37,072 nucleotides of DNA from Hydrogenophaga sp. Lineage in GTDB: Bacteria; Pseudomonadota; Gammaproteobacteria; Burkholderiales; Burkholderiaceae_C. Under the pieces are notes generated by a model. The model had not been told where the DNA came from. It saw only the letters and a list, made by a program, of their open reading frames with translations, and ran no database searches. Shown here piece after piece: positions 9,334-19,398 of the stretch. The position numbers and the translations under genes are program-made. The stretch is from the NCBI GenBank assembly GCA_047636095.1, contig JBLIJY010000001.1, forward strand, positions 1 through 37,072, read 5' to 3'. Position 1 is the first letter of the stretch; each line of letters begins with the position of its first letter.

Positions 9334-9840
9334 ATGCTCAAAACTCTGGAAAAACTGCTGCGCTGGTCCACTGGCCTGATGGCGGCCATGGCGCTATTCG
9401 CCATCATGTGGCTGACCTTGCTGGACGTCATCGGCCGGAAGTTTTTCAACAACTCCATTCCTGGCAGCCTGGAGCTGACCGAGGTGCTGATGGTGATCGT
9501 GATTTTCGGTGCCCTGCCGCTGGTGTCGTGGCGCGGCGAGCATGTGGTGTTCGACTCGCTTGACGCCTTCATTCCGGCTTGGCTCAAGGGTGTCCAGACC
9601 AGCATCGTCCACCTGATTTGTGCTGGCGTATTCGGCTTTCTGGGCCGGCTGTTGCTCATGCGTGCCGACCGGTTTGCCGAGTACAGCGACACCACCGTGT
9701 ACCTGCAACTTCCGCTCGCCCCGGTGGCTTGGCTAATGGCGGGTCTGCTGGCGATCACGGCTGCGGTGCACCTGCTTTTTGTGTTCGTGCGACCAGCGCT
9801 GGGCCATGTGGGCGCACAAGAGCCGGGAGCCGCGCCGTGA
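9334..9840 (+). CDS. dctQ: TRAP transporter small permease
   Basis: About four TM segments; DVIGRKFFNNSIPGSLEL and RGEHVVFD. Start taken at ATG 9334. Confidence 0.9.
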   Translation: MLKTLEKLLRWSTGLMAAMALFAIMWLTLLDVIGRKFFNNSIPGSLELTEVLMVIVIFGALPLVSWRGEHVVFDSLDAFIPAWLKGVQTSIVHLICAGVFGFLGRLLLMRADRFAEYSDTTVYLQLPLAPVAWLMAGLLAITAAVHLLFVFVRPALGHVGAQEPGAAP

Positions 9841-11129
9841 TCGAGGCCGTTCTGGGTTTTCTGGGCGTATTTGCCCTGGCGTTTTTGCGGGTGCCGCTGG
9901 CGGTGGCAATGTCGATCGCCGGCATCGTCGGGCTGGGCTTGATGCGGGGCTGGCAGCCCGCGTTCGCCAGCACCAGCCAGGTGGTGTTCGAGACCGGCTT
10001 TCACTACACGCTGTCGGTGATCCCGCTGTTTGTGTTGATGGGCAACTTCGTGGCCCGCGCTGGCATGGCGCGCGAGCTGTTCAACGCCGCCAACGCCTTC
10101 GTCGGTCACCGCCCAGGTGGTCTGGCCATGGCCAGCATCATTGCCTCGGGCGGCTTTGGTTCGATCTGTGGCTCGTCGATCGCCACCGCCGCAACCATGT
10201 CGCGCGTGGCCTATCCGCAAATGAAAGCCCACGGCTACAAAGACACGCTGGCCACCGGCGCCATCGCCTCAGGCGGCACCCTGGGCATCCTGATCCCGCC
10301 GTCCACCATCCTGGTGATCTACGGCGTCATCACCGAGACCGATATCGGCCGCCTGTTCATCGCCGGCATCTTGCCCGGTCTGGTGGCCATCACCTGCCTG
10401 TGCCTGGCGGTGGTGTTCGTGACCTGGCGCGACCCGGCAGCCGGTCCGCCAGCGGCGCGTTACACCTGGCGCCAGCGCCTGGCAGCGGTCAAGGGCATCT
10501 GGGGCGTGGCCTTGCTGTTTGCGCTGGTGATCGGCGGCATTTACGGCGGTGTGTTCACCGCCACCGAAGGCGCTGGGGTGGGGGCGGCGGGTGCATTTCT
10601 GTTCGCGCTGATGCGGCGCGCACTCACCCCCAAGCTGCTCATGGAGGTGCTGATGGAGAGCACGCGCACCACCGCGATGCTGTTCGCCATCCTGATCGGT
10701 GCGATGATCTTCACCAGCTTCATCAACTTCACCACCATGCCGGCCGATCTGCGCGACTTTGTGCTGCAGTTCAGCCCCCACCCCATCATGGTGGTGGTGG
10801 TGATGATGGGCATCTACCTCGCGCTGGGCATGGTGATGGAAGAGCTGGCGATCGTGCTGCTGACGATCCCGGTGTTTTTTCCAGTCATCACCGGGCTGGG
10901 CTTCGACCCGGTGTGGTTCGGCATCCTGATCGTCACCATCGTTGAGATTGGCATGATCTCCCCGCCCGTGGGGCTGAATTTGTTTGTGCTCAGTTCGCTC
11001 TTGCCCAACGTTTCACTCAACACGATTTACCGCGGCGTTTGGCCGTTCGTGACGGCCGACATCGTGCGTCTGGGTATCTTGATCGCCTTCCCCGCCATTT
11101 CCCTCTGGCTGCCCAGCTTCATGAACTAA
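9837..11129 (+). CDS. dctM: TRAP transporter large permease
   Basis: GTG start overlaps the dctQ stop (GTGA). IPLFVLMG, GSSIATAA, GGTLGILIPPS and EIGMISPPVGLNLFV. Confidence 0.94.
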   Translation: MIEAVLGFLGVFALAFLRVPLAVAMSIAGIVGLGLMRGWQPAFASTSQVVFETGFHYTLSVIPLFVLMGNFVARAGMARELFNAANAFVGHRPGGLAMASIIASGGFGSICGSSIATAATMSRVAYPQMKAHGYKDTLATGAIASGGTLGILIPPSTILVIYGVITETDIGRLFIAGILPGLVAITCLCLAVVFVTWRDPAAGPPAARYTWRQRLAAVKGIWGVALLFALVIGGIYGGVFTATEGAGVGAAGAFLFALMRRALTPKLLMEVLMESTRTTAMLFAILIGAMIFTSFINFTTMPADLRDFVLQFSPHPIMVVVVMMGIYLALGMVMEELAIVLLTIPVFFPVITGLGFDPVWFGILIVTIVEIGMISPPVGLNLFVLSSLLPNVSLNTIYRGVWPFVTADIVRLGILIAFPAISLWLPSFMN

Positions 11130-12440
11130 CGAGGGTCTGGCGCTGCCTGGGAGCGACTTCATGTGCAACACCCGTTGGGGGTAGGGAATTTCAACGCCGT
11201 GCCTCCGCAGCGACTGCAGGATGGCGCGGTTGACCAGCGAGCGCAGGTTGAGCTGGCCGTTTTCGGGGTCGGCGATCCAGTAGCCCAAAGTGAACTCCAG
11301 CCCGTCAGCGCCAAAGGCTGAGAGCGCCACCGAAGGACCAGGTTCTTTGAGCACGCGCTCCTGCGACAACGCGGCTTGCTCCAGCAGTTCCATCACCTGA
11401 TCCACATCGCTTTCATAGGCAACAGAGACCAGGGTGGACTGCCACACCTTGGAATCGGCCAGCGAGAGGTTTTCGACCCGGTTGATGATGAGCATCTCGT
11501 TGGGCACGATGGACTCGCGCCCAGTCAGCGAGCGGATCACGGTGTAGCGCGCGTTGATGTCGGTGATGCGGCCCTCGAAATTGTCCACACGCACGTTGTC
11601 GCCAATGCGCATGCTGCGCTCGGCCAGAATCACGAAACCGCTCACGTAGTTCGACGCGAGTTTCTGTAGGCCAAAGCCGATGCCCACGCCAATGGCGCCG
11701 CCCAGTACAGAGAGCGCGGTGAGGTCGATGCCGACCGCCGACAGCGCAACGATCAGGCCAACGAACATCAACAGTGCACGCGTGGCGTTGCTCACGGCCT
11801 TGCGCAAGGAAAGGTCGCCGCCCACCGCCGAGCGCAGCAGCCGGGTCTCGATCGCGGCCGAAATCCACAAGGCCAAGATCAAAACCGCCACCGCCGTGAG
11901 GGCGCCCTCAATCAGGGTGCGCACACTGAGCTGCGAGCCACCGATCTTCCAGGTGATTTGGTCCAGCTCGGCCAGCACCACTGGCAGCAAGCCGCTGACC
12001 CACAGCACCATGGCGATCCAGGCCAGCCAGGAAATTGAGCGTTCCACCACCCGGACCCAGGGCGCCGAAGCAAAGGCCAGCTGCAGCACCTTCACACCAA
12101 GGCGAATGACCACCAGCGCGATCAGCACCGGAATGACAACCTTGAAGGTGGCAACCGGCAAAAAGTTCAACAGCAACGCGCGCGACAAGTAGCCCAAGGC
12201 CAGCAGCAGGAGCGGAAACAACAGCCCATCAAACAGGCGGCGCCCGAACAGGACGGAGCGGCGTTCTTGGCGCATGCCCAGAGCCCGGCGCAACAAGGCC
12301 GAGAGGCCCCAGGCGATCAGCACGCAGACGACCAGCGCCGCGAGTTCGATCAGCACTGTGGGGCGCATGAAGCTTTCAAGCCAAAGACCCAGATCGTCGA
12401 TGGGCGGTGGCGGCCGGCTGGCGGCTGAGGTAGCGGTCAT
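11013..12440 (-). CDS. mscS: Small-conductance mechanosensitive channel family protein
   Basis: GGAIGVGIGFGLQKLASNYVSGFVIL, IVPNE and GVEIPYPQRVLH. Start taken at ATG 12440; the 3' end overlaps dctM (see findings). Confidence 0.88.
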   Translation of the reverse strand: MTATSAASRPPPPIDDLGLWLESFMRPTVLIELAALVVCVLIAWGLSALLRRALGMRQERRSVLFGRRLFDGLLFPLLLLALGYLSRALLLNFLPVATFKVVIPVLIALVVIRLGVKVLQLAFASAPWVRVVERSISWLAWIAMVLWVSGLLPVVLAELDQITWKIGGSQLSVRTLIEGALTAVAVLILALWISAAIETRLLRSAVGGDLSLRKAVSNATRALLMFVGLIVALSAVGIDLTALSVLGGAIGVGIGFGLQKLASNYVSGFVILAERSMRIGDNVRVDNFEGRITDINARYTVIRSLTGRESIVPNEMLIINRVENLSLADSKVWQSTLVSVAYESDVDQVMELLEQAALSQERVLKEPGPSVALSAFGADGLEFTLGYWIADPENGQLNLRSLVNRAILQSLRRHGVEIPYPQRVLHMKSLPGSARPSLVHEAGQPEGNGGEGDQDTQTHDVGRHERPNAAVNRVE

Positions 12441-12480
12441 AGAACGGGCCAGCTGGCCAACCAATCAAAGGTTCAGGGGT

Positions 12481-13269
12481 TCAGCCGCGCCAAGTGGGCG
12501 GGCGTTTGTCGATGAAGGCCTGCGCACCTTCTTGCGCCACCTCGCCTGCCATGTTGCAGGCCATGGTTTGGCCCGCCATCTGGTAAGCGGCGGCCAGGCC
12601 AGTTTCCAGTTGGCGGTAGAACAGCGCCTTGCCCATCGCGAGGGCCTCACGCGGTTTTTGCAGCAGGCGATCGACCAGCGCCGCCACCTCAGCGTCCAGC
12701 GCGTCGGTTGGCACCACCCGGTTCACCAGGCCACGCGCTTTCGCCTCGGTGGCATCGATGAAGTCGCCGGTGAGGAGCATTTCCATCGCCTGTTTGGGCA
12801 GGATGTTGCGCGAGAGCGCCACACCGGGCGTGGCACAAAACAAGCCGACATCGATGCCGTTGACGCCGAACGTTGCACCCTCGGCTGCCACCGCCAGATC
12901 GCACTGCGCCACCAGCTGGCAGCCCGCTGCCGTGGCCAGCGCATGCACCCGGGCGATCACGGGCACTTCCAGCGCGCGGATCGTCAGCATCAGCTTGGAG
13001 CAGCGGGCAAACAGCGCCTGGTAGTAGGCGAGCTCGGGCTGCGCACGCATTTCTTTCAGGTCGTGACCCGCGCAGAAAGCCCGACCCTCTGCCGCGATCA
13101 CCACCACCCGCGCCTGTGGGTCGGCCGCAATCTGCTCCAGCGCCGTCTGCAGCGCAGACAGCATGGACTCGGACAGCACGTTGAAACTGCGCGGCGTGTT
13201 CAGCGTGAGCGTGTGCACGCCGCGCGCATCTGTCGTGTGCAGCAAAATCGATTCGGTGTTTTCAAGCAT
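12481..13269 (-). CDS. Enoyl-CoA hydratase/isomerase (crotonase) family protein
   Basis: FCAGHDLKEM, PVIARVH, AAGCQLVAQCDL and EGAQAFIDKR. Confidence 0.92.
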   Translation of the reverse strand: MLENTESILLHTTDARGVHTLTLNTPRSFNVLSESMLSALQTALEQIAADPQARVVVIAAEGRAFCAGHDLKEMRAQPELAYYQALFARCSKLMLTIRALEVPVIARVHALATAAGCQLVAQCDLAVAAEGATFGVNGIDVGLFCATPGVALSRNILPKQAMEMLLTGDFIDATEAKARGLVNRVVPTDALDAEVAALVDRLLQKPREALAMGKALFYRQLETGLAAAYQMAGQTMACNMAGEVAQEGAQAFIDKRPPTWRG

Positions 13270-14215
13270 CAGCCAGTACCCTCAAATGGGCTTCGACACT
13301 GCGCGCCAGCGCGCCGAGCGCGTAGCCGCCCTCCAGGCAACTCACCATTCGGCCCTTGGAATGCCGCAGGGCCACGTCTTTGATGCGCTCGGTGATCCAG
13401 GCGTAGTCTTGCTCAACCAGTGCCATCTGCCCCATGTCGTCTTCGCGGTGGGCGTCGAAGCCGGCGCTGATGAAAATCATTTCTGGCCGGTGCTGCTCCA
13501 GCCGGGGCAGCCAGGCCACATCGACCAGCTCGCGCACGGCCATACCGCGGGTGTAAGCAGGCACCGGAAGATTGACCAGATTGGGCGCACTGGCATGGTC
13601 CCAGACTGGGTAAAACGGGTGCTGGTAGAAGCTGCACATGAGAATACGCTCGTCGCCCAACACAATGTCTTCGGTGCCATTGCCGTGGTGCACATCGAAG
13701 TCGACGATGGCGACCCGCTTCAGGCCGTGCCGCTCCAACGCATATTTGGCGGCCACCGCCACGTTGTTGACAAAACAAAAACCCATCGCCTGGTTGCGGG
13801 TGGCATGGTGACCGGGCGGGCGCACCGCACAGAAAGCGTTGGCGATTTCGCCGGCCATCACCGCGTCGGTGGCATCGATCGCGGCACCAGCGGCCACCAG
13901 GATCGCCTCCCAGGAATGGACGTTGATGCAGGTGTCGGGATCAATCTGGGCATGGCTTGGGCCGCCGGCCGTCACCTCATCGCGAAGCCCATCGGACAGA
14001 CCGCGCAGGGCGGCCAGGTGCATGCGACCATGCGCCAGCTCAAGGTCAGCCAGCGCGGCCGGCTTGGCCTCGCGCCGCTCCAGCAGCGCGCCAAGACCCG
14101 TGACCAGCAGCCGATCTTCGATAGCATCAAGGCGCTGTGGACATTCGGGGTGACCGGCACCCATCTCATGGCGCCAGCAATCGGGGTGGGTGAAATAACC
14201 GGTGACCAAGCCCAT
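13262..14215 (-). CDS. Histone deacetylase family amidohydrolase
   Basis: HPECPQRL, RPPGHHA, GFC, DFDVHHGNGT, SAGFDAH and LEGGY. Start taken at ATG 14215; the upstream part of the 668-aa ORF is antisense to moxR. Confidence 0.92.
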   Translation of the reverse strand: MGLVTGYFTHPDCWRHEMGAGHPECPQRLDAIEDRLLVTGLGALLERREAKPAALADLELAHGRMHLAALRGLSDGLRDEVTAGGPSHAQIDPDTCINVHSWEAILVAAGAAIDATDAVMAGEIANAFCAVRPPGHHATRNQAMGFCFVNNVAVAAKYALERHGLKRVAIVDFDVHHGNGTEDIVLGDERILMCSFYQHPFYPVWDHASAPNLVNLPVPAYTRGMAVRELVDVAWLPRLEQHRPEMIFISAGFDAHREDDMGQMALVEQDYAWITERIKDVALRHSKGRMVSCLEGGYALGALARSVEAHLRVLADA

Positions 14216-14242
14216 TAAACAAATTCCAGTAAGGTTCGCGGC

Positions 14243-15163
14243 ATGCTCGCAGACACCCATATTCGACAACTCTTGAATCAGCTTAACACGGTCATTGTGG
14301 GCAAAAAAGCCCAGGTGAGCGACTGCGTGGCCTGCCTGCTGGCGGGCGGTCACCTGCTGATTGAGGATGTGCCCGGCGTAGGCAAAACCACGCTGGCACA
14401 CGCCCTCTCGCGCTCCTTCGGCCTGGAATTTTCGCGGGTGCAGTTCACCGCCGACCTGATGCCCAGCGATCTGGTCGGCGTCTCGGTGTACGAGCGCGGA
14501 CGCGAGGGATTTGTGTTCCACCCGGGTCCGGTGTTTGCTCAGGTGTTGCTGGCCGACGAGATCAACCGCGCCAGCCCCAAAACCCAGAGCGCGCTGCTCG
14601 AAGCGATGGAAGAAAAGCAGGTCACGGTGGAGGGTGAGACCCGCGCGCTGCCCAACCCGTTTTTCGTCATCGCCACACAAAACCCGCACGATCAGCTCGG
14701 CACCTACGCGCTGCCCGAATCGCAGCTTGACCGTTTTCATATGCGGATTTCCCTGGGCTACCCAGACCGCGCGGCCGAGCGCGAGCTGCTGCGCGGCGAG
14801 GACCGCCGCCACATGGTCGACGGGCTCACACCGGTGCTCACGCCCGAGTCGTTGGCGCAGTTGCAGCAACAGGTGGCCACGGTCCACACCGCCGAACCGG
14901 TGCTGGACTATTTGCAAAATCTGGTGGCCGCCACCCGATCGGGCCGCTGGTTTGCGCAAGGTTTGTCGCCACGCGCCGCGCTGGCTGTTGTGCGCGCAGC
15001 CAAGGCGCAGGCTTTCCTGAGTGGCCGCAACTATGTGGCGCCCGATGACATCGCTGCCATCCTGCCGCAAACCACCGCGCACCGCATGGTTCCAGTGGCC
15101 GACGCGGGTCGCGGCGCGGTCGAGCAAGTCCGGGCGATGTTGGAAGCGACACCACTGCCATGA
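14243..15163 (+). CDS. MoxR-family AAA+ ATPase
   Basis: HLLIEDVPGVGKT (Walker A), LLADEINRA (Walker B), FFVIATQNP and LPESQLDRF. Confidence 0.95.
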   Translation: MLADTHIRQLLNQLNTVIVGKKAQVSDCVACLLAGGHLLIEDVPGVGKTTLAHALSRSFGLEFSRVQFTADLMPSDLVGVSVYERGREGFVFHPGPVFAQVLLADEINRASPKTQSALLEAMEEKQVTVEGETRALPNPFFVIATQNPHDQLGTYALPESQLDRFHMRISLGYPDRAAERELLRGEDRRHMVDGLTPVLTPESLAQLQQQVATVHTAEPVLDYLQNLVAATRSGRWFAQGLSPRAALAVVRAAKAQAFLSGRNYVAPDDIAAILPQTTAHRMVPVADAGRGAVEQVRAMLEATPLP

Positions 15164-15197
15164 TCGCGCTGGATCGGTTGGTATTGGGACTTGCCTC

Positions 15198-16217
15198 TTG
15201 AACACAGTCACGGCCCCAGCGTCGCCTTGGCAACGCTTCAATCCGCTGCACTCGTTGCGCGCTCGCATGCGTCAATGGTTCCACAACCGCTCGCCCGCCA
15301 CAGACACGCTGGTGCTCACGCAGCGCAACGTCTACATCCTGCCCACGCGGGCGGGCTGGATGCTGGGTTTCACGCTGGCGCTGCTCTTGGTGGCCAGCAT
15401 CAACTACCAGCTCAACCTGGGCTACCTGCTCACCTTTTTGCTGGCTGGCTGTGCGGTGGTGGGCATGCATGTCTGTCACGGTAACCTGCGCGGCGTCACG
15501 CTGCACCTGCAACCCCCAGCGCCGGTTCACGCCGGCCAGGCGGTGGCGCTGTTGGTCCGGTTTTCCAGCGAACGCAAACGGGCACGCTATGGGCTGGGCC
15601 TGGGCGTGGTGCCCGACGGCCGGGAGCCGCTGCATCTGGCCTGGAGCGATGTGCCCGCACAGGGCAGCAGCGTGTTGCAGCTGGCCTGGCCAGCGCCCCG
15701 GCGCGGCCTGCTGAGCCTGCCCGCACTCACCACGCAAACGCTGTTCCCGCTCGGCACTTTTCGGGTCTGGAGCGTGTGGCGACCAGCGGCTCAGGTGCTC
15801 GTTTATCCCGCGCCAGAGGCCAATGCGCCGCCGTTGCCGCCGGGGGAACCGCTGGGCGGCGCAGTAGGTGGCGCCTGGGCCCAAAGCACGGGCGAGTTCG
15901 ACGGCGTGCGCGCTTACCGGCGAGGCGACCCCATGAAAGCGGTAGTCTGGAAAAAAGCCGCGCAGGCGTTTGCCAGCGGACGCGACAACCTGGTGAGCCG
16001 CGAAGCACAAACCGCCCAGCGCCAGCAGCTCTGGCTGGACCATGCCAGCTGCGGCGCGCAGGGCATGGAAGCGAGGCTCTCGCGGCTGACGGCCTGGGTG
16101 CTGCTGGCTGAGCGACTGGGACTGGACTACGGCCTGCGCCTGCCCGGTCAAGTGATCCCACCCGACCAGGGCGCCAGCCACCGCAACCGCTGCCTGGAGG
16201 CGATGGCCAAGCTATGA
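15198..16217 (+). CDS. DUF58 domain protein
   Basis: RNVYILPT, SINYQLNLGY, FPLG and GEFDGVRAYRRGDPMKAVVWK; lies between MoxR and transglutaminase. Start uncertain (TTG 15198 or ATG 15267). Confidence 0.85.
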   Translation: MNTVTAPASPWQRFNPLHSLRARMRQWFHNRSPATDTLVLTQRNVYILPTRAGWMLGFTLALLLVASINYQLNLGYLLTFLLAGCAVVGMHVCHGNLRGVTLHLQPPAPVHAGQAVALLVRFSSERKRARYGLGLGVVPDGREPLHLAWSDVPAQGSSVLQLAWPAPRRGLLSLPALTTQTLFPLGTFRVWSVWRPAAQVLVYPAPEANAPPLPPGEPLGGAVGGAWAQSTGEFDGVRAYRRGDPMKAVVWKKAAQAFASGRDNLVSREAQTAQRQQLWLDHASCGAQGMEARLSRLTAWVLLAERLGLDYGLRLPGQVIPPDQGASHRNRCLEAMAKL

Positions 16218-18277
16218 AACCCCTCTTGTCGCCACACCCGCAAGGGCGGCAACCCGCGCAGTCCTGGCGCGATCGCATCAACCACCTGCCCCGCGACACC
16301 CGCGACACGCTGTTTCTGCTCGCCGTCATCGGCTGGGTGGTGCTCATGCAAGTGGCGCACATCCCTTGGTGGTGCAGCACGCTCACCGCAGGTGTGCTGG
16401 TGTGGCGCGGCCGCCTGGCGCTGCGCAACCAAGCGTTGCCCGGCTTACCGTGGCGGCTGGGTCTGCTCGCCATTACGCTGGCGGCCACTGCGTTCACGCA
16501 CCAGACCCTGCTCGGTCGCGACGCTGGCGTGACGCTGGTGGTGGTTTTGCTGGCGCTCAAGACGCTGGAGCTGCGCGCCCGGCGCGATGCCTTCGTGATC
16601 TTCTTCCTCGCTTTTTTCGCGCTGCTGACCCACTTCTTTTATTCGCAGTCGCTGCTGACCGCAGCCGGTATCCTGATCGCACTGCTGGGCCTGCTGACCG
16701 CGCTGGTCAACGCCCATTTGCCGGTCGGACGACCGCCCCTGATGCAATCGGCCCGCATCGCGGCCACCATGACCGCGCTGGGGGCGCCCATCATGCTGGT
16801 GTTGTTCCTGCTGTTCCCGCGCATGGCGCCGCTGTGGGGCCTGCCCGATGACGGGATGACCGGGCGCAGCGGCCTGTCCAACAGCATGCGGGTGGGCGAA
16901 ATTGCCCGGCTGGTGCTCGACGACCGGGTCGCGCTGCGCCTGCGCTTCGACGGTCCACCACCACCCCAGGGCCTGCTGTATTTCCGCGGCCCGGTGCTCA
17001 GCAACTTCGACGGTGTGGAATGGCGTCCCACCCGCTCGGGCTTTCCTGAGAGCATGGCGCTGCCGGCCAACCTCAGTGTGGTCGGCGAGCCGCTGCGCTA
17101 TCAGGTGACGATGGAGCCCAACCAGCGGCCCTGGCTGTTTGTGCTGGAAGCCACGCCACAGGCGCCAGCATTGCCCAACATCGAAACCTCGATGACGGCC
17201 GACCTGCAATGGCGCACCAACCGACCGATCAACGAGCGGGTGCGCTTCGACGCGGTGAGCTATCCGCAGTTTCGCCACGGGCCGCTGCAGCAGGCGGTGG
17301 CCCTGCAAGACCACATCGAACTGCCACCCAGCTACAACCCGCGCACCCTGGCGCTGGCCCAGCAACTGCGGCGCGAGATCGGCGCCGGCCCGCAGTTCGC
17401 GCCGGCTCTGGTGGACGCCGTGATGAACAAGCTGCGCACCGGCGGCTACACCTACACGCTGGAGCCCGGCGTGTTTGGGGCCAACACCGCCGACGAATTT
17501 TGGTTCGATCGGCGCGAAGGTTTTTGTGAACACATTGCGTCGAGCTTTGTGATTTTGATGCGCGGGCTCGACATTCCAGCGCGGATCGTCACCGGTTACC
17601 AGGGTGGTGAGCTCAACGGCGTCGACGGCTACTGGACGGTGCGCCAGCGCGACGCCCATGCCTGGGCCGAGGTCTGGCTGCAAGGTCAGGGCTGGGTGCG
17701 GGTCGATCCCACCTCTGCGGTGGCGCCCGGGCGCATCGGCTCGCTGGAGCGTCTGCGAGCCCCCGAAGGCCTGTTTGCCGGCGCGGTGCGCACGCTAAAC
17801 CCCACGTTGGCGGCCCATTTGCGCAACGTCTGGGAAGCGGTCAACAACCGCTGGGACCAGTGGGTGCTCAACTACACCCAGGGTCGCCAGCTCAACCTGC
17901 TGAAAAAACTGGGTTTCAGCGCACCCAGCTGGACGGATCTGGCTTATGTACTGATCGGCGTGGTGGTAGCCGTGAGCCTGGCCAGCGCGGCCTGGACCTT
18001 GTGGGAACGCCAGCAGCACGATCCCTGGCTGCGCCTGCTGCAGCGCACCCGAAGGCGTCTGTCTGGCCTGGGCCTGAGCGGCCACGACCAGCTGCCCCCG
18101 CGCAGCCTGGCCCAACGCGTGCAGCAGCGCTGGGGCGACACACCATTTGCCCAAGACCTGAGTGACTGGCTGCTGCGCATGGAAGCCCAACGCTACGCCC
18201 GCAGCAGCCCGCTCACGCTGGCTACACTGCAACACGAATACCAGCAATTGGGCTGGCCCAAAGAGCCACGACGTTGA
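16214..18277 (+). CDS. tgpA: Membrane transglutaminase-like protein (DUF3488 + transglutaminase domain, TgpA family)
   Basis: N-terminal TM block; catalytic triad in GFCEHIA, DAHAWAEVW and RVDPT; RIVTGYQGGE. ATGA overlap with DUF58. Confidence 0.9.
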   Translation: MKPLLSPHPQGRQPAQSWRDRINHLPRDTRDTLFLLAVIGWVVLMQVAHIPWWCSTLTAGVLVWRGRLALRNQALPGLPWRLGLLAITLAATAFTHQTLLGRDAGVTLVVVLLALKTLELRARRDAFVIFFLAFFALLTHFFYSQSLLTAAGILIALLGLLTALVNAHLPVGRPPLMQSARIAATMTALGAPIMLVLFLLFPRMAPLWGLPDDGMTGRSGLSNSMRVGEIARLVLDDRVALRLRFDGPPPPQGLLYFRGPVLSNFDGVEWRPTRSGFPESMALPANLSVVGEPLRYQVTMEPNQRPWLFVLEATPQAPALPNIETSMTADLQWRTNRPINERVRFDAVSYPQFRHGPLQQAVALQDHIELPPSYNPRTLALAQQLRREIGAGPQFAPALVDAVMNKLRTGGYTYTLEPGVFGANTADEFWFDRREGFCEHIASSFVILMRGLDIPARIVTGYQGGELNGVDGYWTVRQRDAHAWAEVWLQGQGWVRVDPTSAVAPGRIGSLERLRAPEGLFAGAVRTLNPTLAAHLRNVWEAVNNRWDQWVLNYTQGRQLNLLKKLGFSAPSWTDLAYVLIGVVVAVSLASAAWTLWERQQHDPWLRLLQRTRRRLSGLGLSGHDQLPPRSLAQRVQQRWGDTPFAQDLSDWLLRMEAQRYARSSPLTLATLQHEYQQLGWPKEPRR

Positions 18278-19398
18278 CCTTTTGTCCTGCTTTATCCCGT
18301 GCCTTTTCCAGTGCGTTCTCCTGCGTGCGCATCGGAGCCGCTGCCTGCTTCCTGGCCTTCGCACTACTGCCCCAGGGCGCGCAGGCCAGCGGCGAGGTGC
18401 CGGGTAAACAGCGCCCGGCGGCCCAGCCGACGTTTTTCTACAGCCAGAGCGAAGCCGCCATGGCCTTTGCCGACGACATCGCCAGCCGCCGCGATCTCGA
18501 TCCAGCCTGGGTGCGCGACCAGATCGGCCAGGCCCAGCGCTTGGCGCAAGTCTCCCGGCTGATGGCGCCCGCGCCACGTGGCACGCCCAAGAATTGGGCC
18601 GCTTACCGGGCACGCTTTATCGAACCCGTGCGCCTGCGCGCGGGACAGCGCTTCTGGGAAGACAACCGGGCGCTGCTGGCGCGGGCCGAGGCCGAGTTCG
18701 GTGTGTCCGCCAGCCTGATCGTGGGCGTGATCGGGGTCGAAACCCTGTGGGGTCAGCACACCGGCAATTTCCGCGTGATAGATGCGCTCACCACGCTGGC
18801 TTTCGATTTCCCTGCCAGCCACCCCCGCGCGGCCATTCGCACCGAGTTCTTCCGGGGCGAGCTGGAGCAATACCTGAGCCTCACACGCCGAGCTGGCCTC
18901 AACCCGCAAACCCTGCGCGGCAGCTTCGCTGGCGCCATGGGCTGGCCACAGTTCATGCCCAGCAGCTGGGTCAAGTACGCGATCGACTTCGACGGCAACG
19001 GCCAGGTTGATCTGTTCAACAGCCCAGCCGACGTGATCGGCTCGGTGGCCAATTACTTCCAAGCGTTCGGCTGGCAAACCGGCCAGCCCACCCGTTACCC
19101 GGTGAGCCTCAGCCCCGCAGCCGACATGGACGCGCTACTGGCGCCCGACATCTTGCCCACCTTCAGCGTGGCCAGCTTCACCGCCAAAGGCGCCCTACTC
19201 GAAGGTGCAGCCCTGCAACACTCCGGCAAGCTCGCGCTGGTGGAGCTGGAAAACGGCAGCGCGCCACCCTCCTTTGTGGCGGGTACCGAGAACTTCTATG
19301 TGGTCACCCGCTACAACTGGAGCAGCTACTACGCGCTGGCGGTGATCGAACTGGGTGAGACCATCGAAGCCCGAATGCAGCCGGCCAAATCGCCATGA
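18274..19398 (+). CDS. mltB: Lytic murein transglycosylase B
   Basis: [24 protein letters not shown]-hand-like [10 protein letters not shown] and [10 protein letters not shown]. Start approximate. Confidence 0.9.
   Translation: MTFCPALSRAFSSAFSCVRIGAAACFLAFALLPQGAQASGEVPGKQRPAAQPTFFYSQSEAAMAFADDIASRRDLDPAWVRDQIGQAQRLAQVSRLMAPAPRGTPKNWAAYRARFIEPVRLRAGQRFWEDNRALLARAEAEFGVSASLIVGVIGVETLWGQHTGNFRVIDALTTLAFDFPASHPRAAIRTEFFRGELEQYLSLTRRAGLNPQTLRGSFAGAMGWPQFMPSSWVKYAIDFDGNGQVDLFNSPADVIGSVANYFQAFGWQTGQPTRYPVSLSPAADMDALLAPDILPTFSVASFTAKGALLEGAALQHSGKLALVELENGSAPPSFVAGTENFYVVTRYNWSSYYALAVIELGETIEARMQPAKSP

Noticed and set aside
14216-15268. Apparent 351-aa N-terminal extension of the HDAC (668-aa ORF)
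   Set aside because: It is the antisense frame of moxR; the HDAC domain starts at ATG 14215.
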